Program-made: the position numbers and the translations under genes
Part shown: piece after piece, positions 47,003-59,669 of the stretch
How the letters are laid out: each line of letters opens with the position of its first letter
Numbering within the stretch: the stretch's first letter is position 1
The notes under the pieces: model-generated
Told to the model about the DNA's origin: nothing
Seen by the model: only the letters and a program-made list of their open reading frames with translations
Database searches by the model: none
Assembly (NCBI GenBank): GCA_023334545.1
Contig: JAADVB010000061.1
Span: 1-64,000 of the forward strand
Direction of reading: 5' to 3'
DNA length: 64,000 nucleotides
DNA from: Salisapilia sapeloensis CBS 127946
Taxonomy: Eukaryota > Protista > Oomycota

Positions 47003-48088
47003 ATGGCGACGGACCACGAGCTCGAGAACCTGGACGACCCGCGATGGGATCAGAGCACCTTTGCAGGTCGTGCCAAGCACTTCTTCGCGACGACAAATCC
47101 CTTGAACGTCCTTGCAACGGACGAGCAACTTGATGATGCGAAACGCAAAGTCGACGAGTACCGCCGAGGTCTCCACCCGACGATGGCATCGGACGAAATC
47201 TGGGAAGCCAAGCACCTCATGGACAGCGCTTTCCACCCTGACACGGGTGAAAAGAACTTTCTCCCTGGTCGCATGTCCTTCCAAGTTCCCGGTAACATGC
47301 TCATCACTGGGTGCATGATGACCTTTTATAAATCCACCCCGGCCGTCATCTTCTGGCAGGTACCTCCCCCATCTGTATTACCAACTCCACCTTCACTCAC
47401 ACATGTGTAGTGGATGAACCAAACGTTTAACTCGGTTGTCAACTACACGAACCGGAACGCCAGTACAGGTGTGACGCAAGAACAGCTTCTACAGGCCTAT
47501 GCAGCAGCCTCCACGGCCTCTGTCGCCACGGCCGTCGGACTCAATCGCTTCGTAGCCAAACGACCTAAACTCAGCAACGGCCTCGTTGGTCGACTTGTGC
47601 CTCTTGCGGCTGTCGCAGCAGCCAATTGCGTCAACATCCCGTTAATGCGGCAACAAGAGCTCAAACACGGCATCGAGGTCCGGACGCCGGACTCGGAACC
47701 GATTGGACAGAGTCGCACGGCTGCTGTCCAGGCCGTTGCGCAGGTCGTGCCGAGTCGGATCCTCATGGCCGCACCAGGTATGTTCATCCCGCCAGTGGTC
47801 ATGAACAAGCTCGAGCAGACGCCGACGCTGCTCAAGCGTCCGTGGCTCAAGGCACCATGCACGGTCCTTTTGACAGGTTTCTGCCTCAGCTTCTCCACGC
47901 CTCTCTGCTGTGCTTTGTTCCCGCAAAAGAGCATCATGAGTGTCGATACGTTGGAGCCAGAGCTCCAGGACAAGATCCGCCAACGCAGCGTGGCTCTAGC
48001 AGCCGCGCATGAGGAAGCCCCCGTCGACTCGGGCGCTGCCATCGCATCGTTGCCGGTGACGCACGTGTACTACAACAAGGGACTGTAG
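47003..48088 (+). CDS. SFXN: Sideroflexin (mitochondrial SFXN/FSF1)
   Basis: PRWDQSTFAGRAKHFF, SAFHPDTGEK, GRMSFQVPGNM, WQWMNQTFNSVVNYTNRNA, PLCCALFPQ; intron 47360-47410. Confidence 0.96.
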
Positions 48089-48116
48089 TGTGGACAGATA
48101 ATCGAAACAAGAGGTT

Positions 48117-49006
48117 TTATTTGTCTTTGGACGTTGGTAGAGATTGGAACGTATTGAGGAACGTGTAGCGAGAGAAGAGAACGAAGAGACGTCTGTACCA
48201 GACAAACTGGCTGTAGTGGATAGCCATGGCCTGGTGATTATACCAGGGCTTTAAGAGGGCAACCGTGACTTTGGTAGATGGAGACTGGTAGGACTGATAG
48301 GCTTCTGGAATGGCATCTAGTAGACCTACGTACTTGCGAAGTAGTGACTTGCTCTCGAGCATCCAGCCTTGGATGTGCTTGTCGGAAGCTGACAGAGCCA
48401 TCTTGACACCAAAGTGTGTGTCAATATGGTTTGGATGGCCGGAGATTCCGTAGTTGTCGAATGTGAATACCTACATGGTGCCTTAGTAGATGATCGATTG
48501 GATGGTAGTGGGAAGCGTACTGCATCGATTTTATGCGTATCGAGGTGAGATGATACGACTTTGGAGATATGGGAGCGGTCCCATTGCTCTTGCATGCCAT
48601 CTTGTAGTTTACTGTCCTCTAGGACGTGGATGTTGGACGATGAGACGCCGATGAATGCACCAAGAGATCGTAATTCCTGCTCTCGAATGTCACCGAGACC
48701 GTCGGAATTGCCTCTGGATAGACACAGGATCTGTACGTTCCACTGCTGCTCAGTAGAAGGATCTTCGGATTTCTGGAGAAGAGAATGGAGGAGAGGCAGG
48801 AAGAACATGCTTTCATCGTCTGGATGACTTATGACCAAGAGAGCGGTTTTGGTGCCATCAGAGGACGAGTTACAGGTTTCTGAATCAGTGGATACTTTTA
48901 AAGGAGATTGAGAGCTTAGGTAGACGACAGAGCCTAGAACGAAGAGCACAATGTTCAATGCAAGCAGCATGAACTTGGCTAACTCCAATAGCTCCTCGAT
49001 GCCCAT
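48117..49006 (-). CDS. PIGL: GlcNAc-PI de-N-acetylase (GPI anchor synthesis)
   Basis: ISHPDDESMFF, LSRGN, TFDNYGISGHPNH, WYRRLFVLFSRY; exons 49006-48521 and 48470-48117. Confidence 0.94.
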
Positions 49007-49089
49007 TTTGTTTGTGGTTTAGATGTTATTTTCTGGCGGGAATGATTTACAATTTTCTATTAACTTTTACAGCTTATGTGGGACAAGAA

Positions 49090-49162
49090 GTCGGTGTCGT
49101 CTAGTGGTTAGGACGTAGCCTTAACACGGCTAAGATCGTGGGTTCAATCCCCACCATCGATA
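49090..49162 (+). tRNA. tRNA-Val(AAC), copy 1
   Basis: 73 nt cloverleaf: GTCGGTG/CATCGAT acceptor stem, TAGCC-TTAACAC-GGCTA anticodon arm, GTGGG-TTCAATC-CCCAC T arm; followed by a T6 terminator. Confidence 0.95.
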
Positions 49163-49745
49163 CTTTTTTCGTGAAGTTTCCTTTGTTGGCTACAAGCGAA
49201 AGAGAAATGCTGCAAATATGCTATCGATAATGTGATCTATGTATAAACGTCTTATGACAATATCTTTTCAATTGGTATGCTTTGTGTGTCCGGGACGGTG
49301 GTCAAGCAATTGCACAGTAGCTCGATATCAAATGCAAGCTTAAGACGTAGCCTCAGATCGTCTTGCCTTCCACACTCAAAGCGAAAATCAGTATCTGTAG
49401 AGACAAAGCCATTGCTCTGATGGTTATAGCTCCGATGTTTTTAGTCAAACTGAGTCCAAACCATGAAATACAAATACTACCTCGCCTCCACGTTATCTAT
49501 ATCGTAGCAACGCTGCTATGAATGCAGTCTTTGCCAATCAATCCAGTCTCTTTTGACCCCTAGAGGACATTGCGAGACTGATCTCGAGTCGTCAACAAGT
49601 AGATATCACAAAATAACTCTTATATATTTCTCTGCGGGTGCTAGAAGCATGGTAAACGTACCCGCTTGCTCCTCAATCTACTCGTGAGTGTCTAGATTCC
49701 ATCCTCTGACCTTTCACTTTCTAGCTTGAGGTGTGTTCCTACAAA

Positions 49746-50292
49746 CTTCAAGTGGAGATACTTGAAAAGACGGATGGGTTTTTCAGCGAGCTCTCATGAG
49801 GAAAGGAATGACATGTAGAGCCTCTGGATCATCCCATGATACGCTTTGGAGTGCGCTCTATCTATCCATGCCGAAATTAGAAATTCGAAAAAACAAAAGT
49901 TTTGGTGGCCGACTCGTGATCGCTACCTCGTTGTCCGCATGCTCTGGTGTTCGCTTGGCCCGCGAATTTTCGAGATCATACACAAAGCTAGTAAGTCCAG
50001 AATTCGCAACACTTTCCTTACAGCCGGCGTTGTTATTTTGAGTGACTAGCTTTTTGTATATCTCGGAAGAGCCAAGCCGCTAACAAAACATCCTCGAGCG
50101 CAAAACCCAAGACAGCGAGCTTGAGTCGGCGACCAAACTTTTGTCTTTCAAATTTTTAATTTTGGCACCTATGGATAGAGCATGCTCGAAAGTATCTAAT
50201 GGACCAGTCTAGAGTGTCTACAAGTCGTTCCTTCATCTCTAAAAAGATCAAAGTATGTCTATGACTGTTCAAGGTAGATCGAGCACTAGAAG
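49746..50292. repeat. Diverged inverted repeat (arms ~49746-49992 and ~50045-50292, ~52-nt loop)
   Basis: Four independent anchor matches all give a symmetry centre at 50017-50019 (see finding). Confidence 0.85.
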
Positions 50293-50911
50293 CTTCGATC
50301 GCTGTCCGAGATTACCATGCGTGTGCAGTCACGGTCACGAGATCATCGATAGTCGATAGCTCTAGCAAGGATAGGGACACAATGTGCGAAGACAATTCCT
50401 ACGTTGGTTTAACTTCGTATATTTGATTTTTTATCTGGAGATAAATTGTTGGAGATACGTTTTAAACAGCCCTGCTTGTGTATGCCTATGCCATGCTAGG
50501 TGGAATAACAATGTATGCAGTTAAAGAGTAACGAAGATGTCGAATGCGTCATGCAACTTCATATCTTGATCTCCCAATTCTCATATCGTTCCGTCCAACA
50601 TTTTACTAGGTCGATCAATGACGCAGGAGAAATGTAGGGCATCATGAAGGCCTCACTGCGGTTTGATTTACTTCTCGATATTTACACGCTTGAACGTTGA
50701 GCCTAGCTTCATCGTCTCCGGATCAGGGAGGATTAAACTTTGAACTTTTAGATAGCCGTACAAGCTAGTAACGTTGATCGTAGAAACAGCCTACTAAAAA
50801 CTAACAGACTAACTCCACTGCAAACACAAAGCTTCCATCTTAGCTAGAGACATCCACAGTCCTTCTTAAATAATATTTATTATATTAATTTTTAATAATA
50901 TAATATAACAA

Positions 50912-50984
50912 GTCGGTGTCGTCTAGTGGTTAGGACGTAGCCTTAACACGGCTAAGATCGTGGGTTCAATCCCCACCATCGATA
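50912..50984 (+). tRNA. tRNA-Val(AAC), copy 2, identical to copy 1
   Basis: Same 73-nt sequence; T5 terminator; preceded by a ~44-nt almost pure A/T tract. Confidence 0.95.
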
Positions 50985-52367
50985 CTTTTTAAATTTTGAT
51001 TGACCAGCTTAAAATAAAGCAGGACGTAGTTTGGACATTTTGGCTAATGGAATCTCTTTTTACTCGCGAAAGCTTTACCCGACAAATTGGCCACAGAAGT
51101 GCCTCGAATAGAGTGTTGACAAAACCACAAGCATAGACTCCACTCAGCCAGTGGATACTCTTGCCAACTTACAGTATCCTCAATAAATCTCATTGTTTCA
51201 TTATAAATGCAATTGCTACTCGACTGCACTGGTCCCGTGTGCACTTGGGCTATTACGAAAAATATTAAAAATTAATTGTATTTCGATTCACCAAATGAGC
51301 TTTTCTAAAATAATTTAATCTCTACTCAACTTATCTCAAGCAATATACATACACACGGTCATATTGTACATTTCGTCTCTCGCTGTGTTGCAGTCGGTAG
51401 CCAAAGCAATTTGCAAATTCCCATGCATCTCCTCAATCACAAGATAATATATTTGACTGAGACGGAGCCAAATGCGTACTTTGCGAGAAATTTGTAGTTT
51501 GTATGATCGATCGTAGATACCAGCGACTATTTGATTAATCCCATGATAAACTCATGCGATTTTAAACATTTGTCCATACCAGCTCGCTCTACTATTGATA
51601 TGACAAGAAGATTGTACGAAGACGTTTGTATACCGTGAAGTAAAGAGTCTTTAGCGCTATTATCTCCATACCTGCAAAGAATATGAGTCTAAAGTCGTGG
51701 TACCAGTAGCATATAGGGTCAACATTCAAGTTTTGATGCACTACTAGAGCCTCGAGAATATCTACTCATGATTATACGAAATATGGACAAAGACACTCGA
51801 CAATACATTGATATAAAATACGTTATACCAACTTGTAAGCGCGTAAATCCTAGATGCATCAGAAACTTGTTTGTCGATGTATTGAGGGTCTATCCAAATC
51901 ACCGTGGGAATCAAGTAGCACTAAAAATCGATGCTGCCTCAAATAAAAACGCATGCAAGCAGAATAAAGCTCATTGATGCACAACTTGACTGCGGTGTCG
52001 TCAGCACTGTCCGTAGCCATCAAAATATTAATATACTACTCTTCGTGTAATAGCACACAGTAGAGGTGCTTACTTCATCGGCAAAGAAAACCAGCACAAA
52101 TCACTTACTTCATAATCTTAAAAACATAGATTGGTTCTTTACAAAGAATAGATCAAAGCATTAACTTCTAACACAAAGTAGCTGGTACTCAGCTTTTATC
52201 GAGAGGTTCGAGTTTATAGCAAAATGCATCGTCAAGTCGGACATGAGAAAGCAAGAGTTGGGGCATAGTACAAATAGTGAAACGCATTCAAATGAGGCAA
52301 TAGACTGCAAAGAAACAATGATAACATCGTCTATATCGACAATCCAAAAGACAAACTATTCTCTTCC

Positions 52368-52958
52368 TTAGTAGTTATCTGACGAAATGAGTCCTAAATA
52401 ATCGTCCTTGATCGTGCCAATCGCATTCTACCATACACATAAGTACTCGAATCATAAATACAGCACAAATACAAAGCTTACGATTTCTGTGACGTCGACG
52501 GAGACACCCATGATCTTCAGTCGAACCCCGCAGCCTTTGCGAATCTCCACTTCTCGATCGTCTGAGATCCAGGCATTATTCTCATGATCATACCCGTTGT
52601 TCAAATCTGCTGGCATCGCATGACGAGACACGAACACTTGTAACGGACCGACATCGGCGAAGAACCCGAGCTGGTTCACGACCGTCACGACAGCATCGAG
52701 AACTTGGTTTTTAAACGGTCGGAACAAAATCGCTCGGTATCGAATGGTAAAGCAAACGAATCCTGAATTATCCTGAATCACGCCTTTGCCAATATCCTCA
52801 TCACGGACTTCCGTGACCGTAATGACGTAGCCATATTTGCCCATACTCGTCCCCTCAACTTCTTCAATCAGTCTCAAACGAATGATATCATGAAGCTTCG
52901 GACCAAAGTGCATCGGATGAAGCAAAAGGTCTCGCGAAAGCTGCTTGAGGAAGAACAT
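52368..52958 (-). CDS. RPB7: RNA polymerase II subunit RPB7
   Basis: MFFLKQLSRDLLLHPMHFGP, FRPFKNQVLDAVV, NAIGTIKDDYLG; exons 52958-52482 and 52427-52368. Confidence 0.96.
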
Positions 52959-53121
52959 ATCGGCGTCGTACTCGTCTCCTCGTCCGATCCACAAATCGGT
53001 CGTCGAATGCGTGGTTCTCATTGGTTGCTTGTACACTTAAAATGTACCTAATCCATCCAATAATATATCCCCATGAAGTGGCTAATTCTTCGAGCAAAGG
53101 ACCATAAAGAAGATCGAGATC

Positions 53122-54802
53122 ATGAGCTCTAAGTCGACGTTCTCCGAGACACCTGCGTACAGTGGGAAGCTCGAGTCGGCCAAGGAAGTCGCTTCGGAAG
53201 AAGCCCTCATCTATGAGGAGCTGCGTAAAGCCATCGCACAGCTCGAGAGCGTCGTGAAGACGAACGCCAAGGAAAAGCTTGCTCGTCTCCTTCGAACGAC
53301 GAGCAAGCTTCGTCAGACGCTATCAGTCGCGCAACTGAACAAGGCTATCTCTCAAGCTCTTCCAGATACTAATCCATCGAAAAAATCCTTGTTATCGTAC
53401 TTGTCTAACGTCGAGACGAAGGTTAACGCCACGACGGATGTGAGCATGGAAGCAGTGAAAACCGAAGACGTCGAGTCGATCCCATCATCTGACACGATCG
53501 AAGTCGAAATCTACTTGTCTCTCTTCGTGCTCGCGGCCTTGATCAAATACAGTCTCAGTAAAGAAGCATTAGATGCCACGCTGGCGGTCGTCCAGCGTTG
53601 CGAGCAGTTCAATCGCCGTACGCTCGACGTGTTCCAGGCAAAAGCATACAGCTACTACGTCAACGCTCGTGAACAGTTCGCTTCGAGCCGCGTGGAGCTG
53701 TCGGATCTGCGTCCCATTTTACTAGCTGCACACCGCACGGCTTGCCTTCGCTACGATGAGACGGGCCAAGCGACGTTAATGAACTTGGTGCTACGTAGCT
53801 ACTTGCGCGATAAGTTGTATGACCAGGCGTATAAATTTATCAGTAAGACGTCGTTCCCGGAAAGTGTCTCGAACAACCAGTTCGTCCGGTACTTGTACTA
53901 TGTCGGCAAGGTGCAAGCCATTCAGCTCGAGTATCCGGAAGCCCATACGAAGCTGCTGCAGAGCATCCGGAAGGCGCCGCAGAATACGGCCTTGGGTTTC
54001 CGTCGAACGGTCCATAAGCTCGCAGTCATCGTCCAATTGCTCATGGGCGATGTCCCAGAACGCAGTGTCTTTGACCAGGAAGAGCTCCGTGTCGCCTTGC
54101 GTCCATACTTCCAACTCTCCAATGTGCGTACATTTTTGATAGCAGGGAAGGAATGTGTATTAACTAGATGATTCTAGGCTGTGCGTGTGGGCAACTTGGT
54201 CGAGTTCAACCAAGTGCTAGGACAGCACGTCGACCAGTTCCGAGCGGATGATACGCACTCGCTCATCCTTCGGTACGTGTGATGACTTTTGATCGATAGG
54301 AGTGATATTTCATTCGTCTTGTGGTTTCTAGTCTTCGTCATAATGTGATCAAAACGGGCCTGCGAAAGATTGCCACGTCTTACTCTCGCATCCAGTTCTC
54401 GGACATTTGTGATAAATTGGCACTTGAGACGCCTCAGAATGCGGAATTCGTGTGTGCCAAGGCCATCAAAGACGGTGTGATTGACGCCACGATCGACCAT
54501 GCCCAAGGCTGGCTCCAGTCCAAGGACTCGATCAACGTGTACACGACGATGGACCCGCAACTGGCCTTCCAACGCCGTATCACGTTCTGTCTGGACGTGC
54601 ACAACGAGGCCGTGCGGGTACGATCTGATTCTCTTTCGTACTCTTTCTTTCGCTTATATCTATCGATTACCACTAGGGCATGCGATATCCTCCGGATGCG
54701 TACAAGAAGGATTTGGAGAGTGCTGAGGAACGTCTGGAGAGGGAGAAACAGGAAGAGGAGTTGGCCAAGGAGATTGAAGACGAGATGGACGAAGGACTGT
54801 AG
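53122..54802 (+). CDS. PSMD3: 26S proteasome lid subunit Rpn3
   Basis: QATLMNLVLRSYL, SNNQFVRYLYYVGKVQAIQLEY, LRHNVIKTGLRKI, PQLAFQRRITFCL; exons 53122-54123, 54178-54272, 54332-54617, 54677-54802. Confidence 0.96.
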
Positions 54803-54907
54803 ACTTCGGGTGCTAGACCGTAAGCCAAAGAAAAGAACGGTCTGCCTAAGAAAAGAATTGTCGACTTTATTTCCATTGCGGTATTCGACAAGGTACGAAA
54901 GACACCT

Positions 54908-55294
54908 CTACTCTTTCCGCGCGTACAGAGGCAGTTGGAACCGTTTGCTGTGGTAGACGGACTTGCCGACTTCCCATCCAGGCACGTCCTTCATGATCTG
55001 ACGCTCGCTCGCCAAAACTTGCTCGTTCTGACGGAGGAAATTGACGTCTGCTTCTGCCTGCAAGAACGACGCGATCGATACGCGACGTTCACGCTCTTCA
55101 GCTGCGAGCGCTCGGCGCTGCTTGTTCGTCTGACCCACCATGTAGTATCCGAAGGATGACATGGCAAAGACGCCAAGCAAGACGGCCCATCCTGGTGGGC
55201 CACGTCGTGCTGGCAAGTGGCTACCGTGTGCCACCTTGTAGCCTCCAGGGGGAGGCATGTCTTGGTTCGGCGTAGCATACTGCGGCGTCGCCAT
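54908..55294 (-). CDS. NDUFA13: Complex I subunit NDUFA13 (GRIM-19/B16.6)
   Basis: QDMPPPGGY, TM helix, FLQAEAD, IMKDVPGWEVGKSVY. Confidence 0.95.
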   Translation of the reverse strand: MATPQYATPNQDMPPPGGYKVAHGSHLPARRGPPGWAVLLGVFAMSSFGYYMVGQTNKQRRALAAEERERRVSIASFLQAEADVNFLRQNEQVLASERQIMKDVPGWEVGKSVYHSKRFQLPLYARKE

Positions 55295-55461
55295 GATCTA
55301 GAAGTAGGAACGAAGAGCGGACCGCCGGGAAGAGCTCGAAATTGCGTTGTCAGCCGCAAAAGCTTGTATCGTGTATCAGCCACTCAATGATTCGTATCTT
55401 TAAAATGAACCAATGACCACTATTCTTGAAGATGCTACCCAAAAGAAAAAGAAAAAAGACA

Positions 55462-57180
55462 TTACATTTCGGTCTTTTCGCCAAATAATTCGTGAATGAC
55501 ATCGTAGTTGATCCGCTTGCTCTTCAATTTCTATCATGAAACATAAGCAACACAGCAATAAGTATTACATATAAATCTACATACATGGATGGCATGCTGG
55601 GCAGTGTCAGGCGGTGGCGCCTCAGTATCCACCGTCTTCTTCTTGCGTTTCTTTTTCGGTTTCGGATTCGCATCTCCGGCCTCTTTCTTCTTCGCTTGTT
55701 CCGAAAGATACTCTGCATTCATTTTTTCCCACAATCTTGTCTTGCGACTCACTTCCTCCTCGGACAAGATTAATCGATCAATCTCTTCATCATCAACGAT
55801 CTCTTCCTCTGCTAATTCGACCTTTAAATCCGCTTCAATCGTTCGATAAAACGCCTTCTCCCGTTGTTGCCGATGCACAAATCGTTGCGACGCTTCCCGC
55901 ATCTTTGCCATTCCGACCCTTGCCGCGCGACGACTCGCACGCGTTACCGTTGCCTCATTCGCATCTTCAAAGCCATAATCAAACTCACTCTCGTCATCCT
56001 CGTCTCTCCCAAAAGCTTCTTCCTCCACGTCATACAAAGATTGAGTCACGAGATCTCGCACATGCCGTTTCCGATACGCAGCGTCGCCATTGAGAAAGTT
56101 TTGAAACGCTTCCTCTTGCTCCCGTCGTTTCCTTTCCACGACATCTTGTCCGTCCGTACTACTCTCCTCTATACTCTTTTCCCGTCGCTTCTGTACCTTT
56201 GGTTTCCGTTTCCCTTGCACATCATTCTCCAACAGCAACGCACTCGACTCGGCTTCCAGTGTCCGCATTACTTCTGCCTGTCGATTCCGTTGATAACTTG
56301 GTGGATCGCACTCGACACGTGCCATCTCGAGCCGACCGACTTGATCGGCCGTTAACTGTGCTGTCGGTGTCAATGCAAACTCTTCCAATCGGACCTTGAG
56401 CGTCCGCTCTCCGATGTTCACAACGTCCATCACATCGTGGAGACTGCATGTCACGCGATGGGATCTGGCGGCTAGTAGCAACGCTGCGCCACAGATACCG
56501 GACGGCCGACGCCCAGTCTCGATCCAATCACGCTTCATCGTCGCGACGAGACGCAAGGCCGTGGTGGCAATGGCGTGTGTCTTCTCGCCCAAATGCAATT
56601 GCGAGGCAAAGCGATGGATGTACAAGGACGGATCGATAAGCGGTAGATGTAGTTGCAAGAGAGCACATAGCTTTAGAAAGACACCACCGAGGGCGTAGAC
56701 GTTGAGTTGTAACTTGTCGGCAAAGTCGATGAGCAAGTGGGGAGACCGCTCTCGACGGCAGACGACGTACAGACAGGAGGAAATCACGGTTTGCGCTCGT
56801 CTTCCGTGTGTGAAATTCCGCTGGAGGGCGAGAGCAAAGAGACGAAAGGCAGAGTCGACATAGTGGTCGCCTAGACGTAGCATACCGGCAATCTGTCGTA
56901 TACGCTTCTTTCCATTCGATAGAGCATTCGTTCGTGTTTCTATCCCATAGTTCCGTCCAGTCGGTCCTTTTGTACCAAACGCAGTAGCAGAGGTGGAGGA
57001 TACGAACTGCCCGACGACACTATGAGCGCCACCACCAGATTCCTGAAACTCGACGGACGAGACGATGTTATTGTCATCGAGAATGGTACCGCAATTGACG
57101 CACACGGACTCGCCGGTGACGTCCACGACGTCGATTTCAGTGCACGAGCATGTCGGACAGACTTTCGAGTTCGCAGACAT
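55462..57180 (-). CDS. BRF1: TFIIIB subunit Brf1
   Basis: Zn ribbon CPTC..CVNCG; cyclin folds SSCLYVVCRRE, LIDPSLYIHRFA, DWIETGRRPSGICGAALL; Brf1 C-terminal EEEVSRKTRLWEKMNAEYL, SKRINYD; exons 57180-55585 and 55530-55462. Confidence 0.95.
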
Positions 57181-57346
57181 CTCGACGGACGATCTGGAGC
57201 GCACAGGCGAAGCACAAGACGAGCGACAGTAGCTGGTACTCCACTCCTTTCGTCTTGTCTGCTGTCATGGTTGCAGGTTGCACGTATGAAATGTTGCACG
57301 AAAGAAGTTGCACAAAACACGATGGCGAAAGAAAAGATTCTTTTCT

Positions 57347-58560
57347 TTACATGGCTTTCGGGCCTGGTGGTCGACGTCCACGCAGGAAACCACCGAGTCC
57401 CTTCTGTCTACTTTTCTCCTCTTGCTCATCCAACATGCGCAATCTAGCAGAGTACTTGGTCGGTAGATCACGCAACACACCGTCTTCATCTCGGAATTTC
57501 GCAAGTACTTGTCGAACGTCACGTACGTTTTCCATCGAAACGGCACGTAAGAACGGTAGTAGATCGCGTAGTTCATTATTGTTCCGGTCACGACCACTCG
57601 TGTACGGCGAGATTGGGATCGCATTCTCTGGCTGTAGTTGATATGCACTCGGATCGTCATCGATCACAAGCACCTTGTCCAACGGACGATTGAGGTTCGA
57701 CAAGTCTTTCACATGTGTTCCATTCATGTACCGCGTCGCGTCTCGACCGAGTACGTGCAACACGCATTGACTCTGCGGATCCAACTTGGCAACAATTTCT
57801 TCTGCCATCGGCTGTGGATTCTGGGAGAAGACCACAACTTCAAAACGCTGGGATACGTCCTTGAGGAACTCGTCCACACCCGGACGCTTAGCATGACGCC
57901 ATCCATGCTTTCTCTAGATAGATCGATAAGTACATATATCATTGTGTTACATTCAGACGACAACGTACGTCCCACTCGGAATGGACGAGCGTGTCTTCCA
58001 GATCGAGCACGAGGACAGGGACTTGAGGCATATTAGCTGGTACTTGTGGAATCGGCCAGTCCTAGTACATGTATAAGTGCATATTCGATCGAGAAGAGTA
58101 GAATGAGATAATATACCGGCAACAGCTTGTCATGAGATGGGTCTGTGAAAGGCTTCACCATCTGTGCAACTTCCCTCGCGGCAAAGTTGTACATGCTGCC
58201 GAGTGGTGTGGCCGATAAGGTCTTTTGAATCTGCTGCTTGGTGCTTGCATCGAGGACAAAGGCCCAGGTAGCTCCACCGGCAACGCTGCCGGCGAGGAGT
58301 GCAAAGGAGATACGACTCGGGAGAGACCATGTACGCACGCTCTTGCCTTGTCCACTTGCACCCTGCGCTGCTTGACGGCGCAATTGATGTCGTTCAGCTC
58401 GCGGGATGACTTTCAATGGCACATCACGACCGACAGCATCGAACGTACTGACATTGGAGGCTTCCTGCGAATACAGTCGACGGAGAGCATTGGATGGATT
58501 GTTTGCACCTTTGGAAGCAATACGTGCATGGGCACGCAGAAGCAAAATGGGACGCAACAT
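57347..58560 (-). CDS. TIM50: Mitochondrial translocase subunit Tim50 (FCP1-like domain)
   Basis: Presequence MLRPILLLRAHAR, TM, FTDPSHDKLLPD, VLVLDLEDTLVHSEW, GWRHAKRPGVDEFL, KDLSNLNRPL; exons 58560-58117, 58061-57969, 57913-57347. Confidence 0.94.
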
Positions 58561-58721
58561 ACTGCCACTGCGCTCGATCCACCAACTTTCTTTTGTTGTT
58601 ACGTCTTGATGCACAATTTCGACTTGATAAATGTATGTCTCGTATAAGAAAACGCATCGACCAAAAGAAAAGAGAACGAAATCTTGCAAAGGTGTAGAAC
58701 GCAGTATGATACAAATATTAA

Positions 58722-59669
58722 TCAGAGGATGGCTTCGAGGTCCTCTGGCTTGTGGGTGCTAGGTACGGACACATGTGGCTCATACTTGGCATGGACAGAG
58801 CAGCTCGTGCTCTCTTCCTGCTCCAACAAGGCACACAGTTCACTACAACAAGCTGACAGGTCACTAATGGAGAATCCGGAAACTCGCTCGACGTCGGCAA
58901 ACCATTGCTCGGATGGCGGTTCGTCCTGAGAACAGCATTTGGCTAGCACAATCGACGCTGCGCCCCTTACACTCGCATCGTACTGTAGACACAAGTCAAA
59001 GCAAAGTAGCGCATGCTCCGAGAAGAAACAAGCGAGCATCTGGACCGTCGTGTCGCATTCGAGCGCGGCCGCGAGAGTATACAAAAAAAAGTCTGCGCTA
59101 GGCGGCGAGAGTCGAAAATTTAGCGTGAAAAGCATCTCCTTTTCGAACTTGACGATCGTCTGTGCCGAGTACGACTCTTGGCAGAGATAGACGAGGTCAT
59201 GGACAGCGATGGGGTCCACCTCTTCCATTTTCGCGGCGATGAAGAAGGCGGTTAATCCGACCAATTGAAAGTCCTCTTTCTTCGTAAATCGTCGCGCTAA
59301 AAACCGATCAAATAGGTTGACCGTTAGATACAGTGTGCTCGATTCCAATTCAAAGTGATGATGAATGTCCAAAAGCCAGTCGAGGAGCATCGTTCGCATG
59401 CCTCGATTGAGCTCGACCTGGAAATCAAAGTAGTCGTCGTAGAGCTGGTAGACTGAAATCTTGTCCTTGCGTTTCTGGTACTCATCCGCGGCTTGGTCGA
59501 ATGGATCAAATGCATTGGCTGGTCGAGGGTCGAGGTCGATGGCAGTCCATGAATTATCGAATTCGTCCTGGTCACTTAAAACCGTGGATGCCGTGTCTGT
59601 GCGATCGCGTTTTCCTCTTTTCGGAGAATCCCATGGAATCGAAGGCTCGGGTGGAATCACTGTCAACAT
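58722..59669 (-). CDS. A/B-type cyclin
   Basis: Cyclin box MRTMLLDWLLDIH..TLYLTVNLFDRFL..FQLVGLTAFFIAAKMEE..FEKEMLFTLNFRL. Confidence 0.92.
   Translation of the reverse strand: MLTVIPPEPSIPWDSPKRGKRDRTDTASTVLSDQDEFDNSWTAIDLDPRPANAFDPFDQAADEYQKRKDKISVYQLYDDYFDFQVELNRGMRTMLLDWLLDIHHHFELESSTLYLTVNLFDRFLARRFTKKEDFQLVGLTAFFIAAKMEEVDPIAVHDLVYLCQESYSAQTIVKFEKEMLFTLNFRLSPPSADFFLYTLAAALECDTTVQMLACFFSEHALLCFDLCLQYDASVRGAASIVLAKCCSQDEPPSEQWFADVERVSGFSISDLSACCSELCALLEQEESTSCSVHAKYEPHVSVPSTHKPEDLEAIL

Noticed and set aside
49846-50049. ORF containing KQKFWWPTRD, a possible transposon relic
   Set aside because: Too short, no DDE, HHCC or RT motif, and the frame is not preserved in the opposite arm of the inverted repeat.
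52185-52220. B-box-like GGTTCGAGT downstream of RPB7
   Set aside because: No cloverleaf or convincing A-box could be built.
49090-57180. BRF1 (Pol III factor) near tRNA genes; NDK, ADSS and ADK (nucleotide metabolism) in one window
   Set aside because: Separated by unrelated genes; no evidence for more than chance proximity.
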